Shown here piece by piece: positions 63,342 through 64,000 of a DNA stretch of 64,000 nt. Each line of letters opens with the position of its first letter. The stretch's first letter is position 1. A program made the translations under genes and the position numbers. The DNA comes from Escherichia coli (GTDB lineage: Bacteria > Pseudomonadota > Gammaproteobacteria > Enterobacterales > Enterobacteriaceae): the NCBI GenBank assembly GCA_025544715.1, contig GCA_025544715.1_4109.1; one strand, 5' to 3'. The notes below the pieces were generated by a model, which did no database searches, had not been told where the DNA came from, and worked only from the letters and a program-made list of their open reading frames with translations.

Positions 63342-64000
63342 TTAAAATCCTACACTACCAAAAACACGATCAATGATATCTAAACCTTGATTGACATTTT
63401 CAGGTAAAAGTGAATTAATTCTGGTACTATACATTTCTTCAATGTTATCAAATTGTATACAATTATCTGGTTTGATAGTCACTACCATTTCAACTGGAGA
63501 ACTTGAACTATAGTCTAATGAATCGTATGATATGTTTTGAATAACACATCCGGTTAAAACAAAGTATTCCATAACACCAGCACTGTTATAAGAAGAACCA
63601 CCAATAAATTGATCTACTGCATTTACTAAGCCAGCATTATTTGTTGCAGCAGTTGCAGCATCTACTAGTGTATCTCTTCCTAGATTTTCTAGTGTATCAT
63701 CTGAGTTACGACCACTCAACATCTGTATAACTAAACCAAATTTATAAGAACCATAATCTTGGTCATTTCTTGAAGTTATTCTGCGTTGAAAGTCAAGTTG
63801 TTTTTGTAGTTGGCGTGATAATGCTTTTGCTGATGCATTTCCAACTGAATCACGTATAGATATAGTAATTGGTTCCCAATCATGACTACCTATATAGGAA
63901 GTATTAGTAGTAAATTGATATAGTTTATGAGTACTAAATGTTACCGTAGGTCTATCAATTTTATCAACATCTAATGCGATGTGATCACGTTCATCTATAT
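63342..64000 (-). CDS. Partial ORF (C-terminal 219 or more codons; gene starts beyond window end), tail-tube or baseplate family candidate
   Basis: Frame of track ORF 63342..63722 stays open upstream to position 64000 with no stop (checked), so the ATG at 63722 is internal. Confidence 0.55.
   Translation of the reverse strand, partial: IDERDHIALDVDKIDRPTVTFSTHKLYQFTTNTSYIGSHDWEPITISIRDSVGNASAKALSRQLQKQLDFQRRITSRNDQDYGSYKFGLVIQMLSGRNSDDTLENLGRDTLVDAATAATNNAGLVNAVDQFIGGSSYNSAGVMEYFVLTGCVIQNISYDSLDYSSSSPVEMVVTIKPDNCIQFDNIEEMYSTRINSLLPENVNQGLDIIDRVFGSVGF

Overview
This 64 kb window is an AT-rich slice of a large tailed phage genome, a distant member of the T4 superfamily whose gene order is not T4-like. 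All calls below are from reading the sequence and motif recall; no database search was run. Recognisable T4-type core genes are a gp46/gp47-like Rad50/Mre11 nuclease pair, a gp55-like late sigma factor carrying a large insertion, a gp5-like spike with a C-terminal T4-lysozyme domain followed by a free-standing lysozyme paralog, gp25- and gp6-like baseplate proteins, tail-tube-family proteins and ThyA. Late genes are preceded by TATAAATA or 7/8 variants. About 25 kb is devoted to fibrous receptor-binding proteins, including a 3333-aa ORF and a repeat-rich fibre gene of at least 2000 aa that is broken by a 96-N assembly gap. The features most worth a second look are: (1) an autonomous early module encoding a MoxR-type AAA+ ATPase and a vWA protein with an HExxH module, driven by two tandem perfect TTGACA-N16-TATAAT promoters and a 10-bp inverted repeat in the leader; (2) a full-length ClpA-type unfoldase with its own early promoter, inserted divergently in the baseplate block; (3) an eight-gene, translationally coupled operon of unknown, strongly acidic and internally repeated proteins plus a putative PD-(D/E)xK nuclease, downstream of the tail-tube genes; (4) a SLOG-fold protein coupled to thyA; (5) an ORF-free, GC-richer 0.8 kb locus next to an endonuclease VII-like gene. 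Product assignments for most structural genes are positional or motif-based and should be treated as hypotheses.
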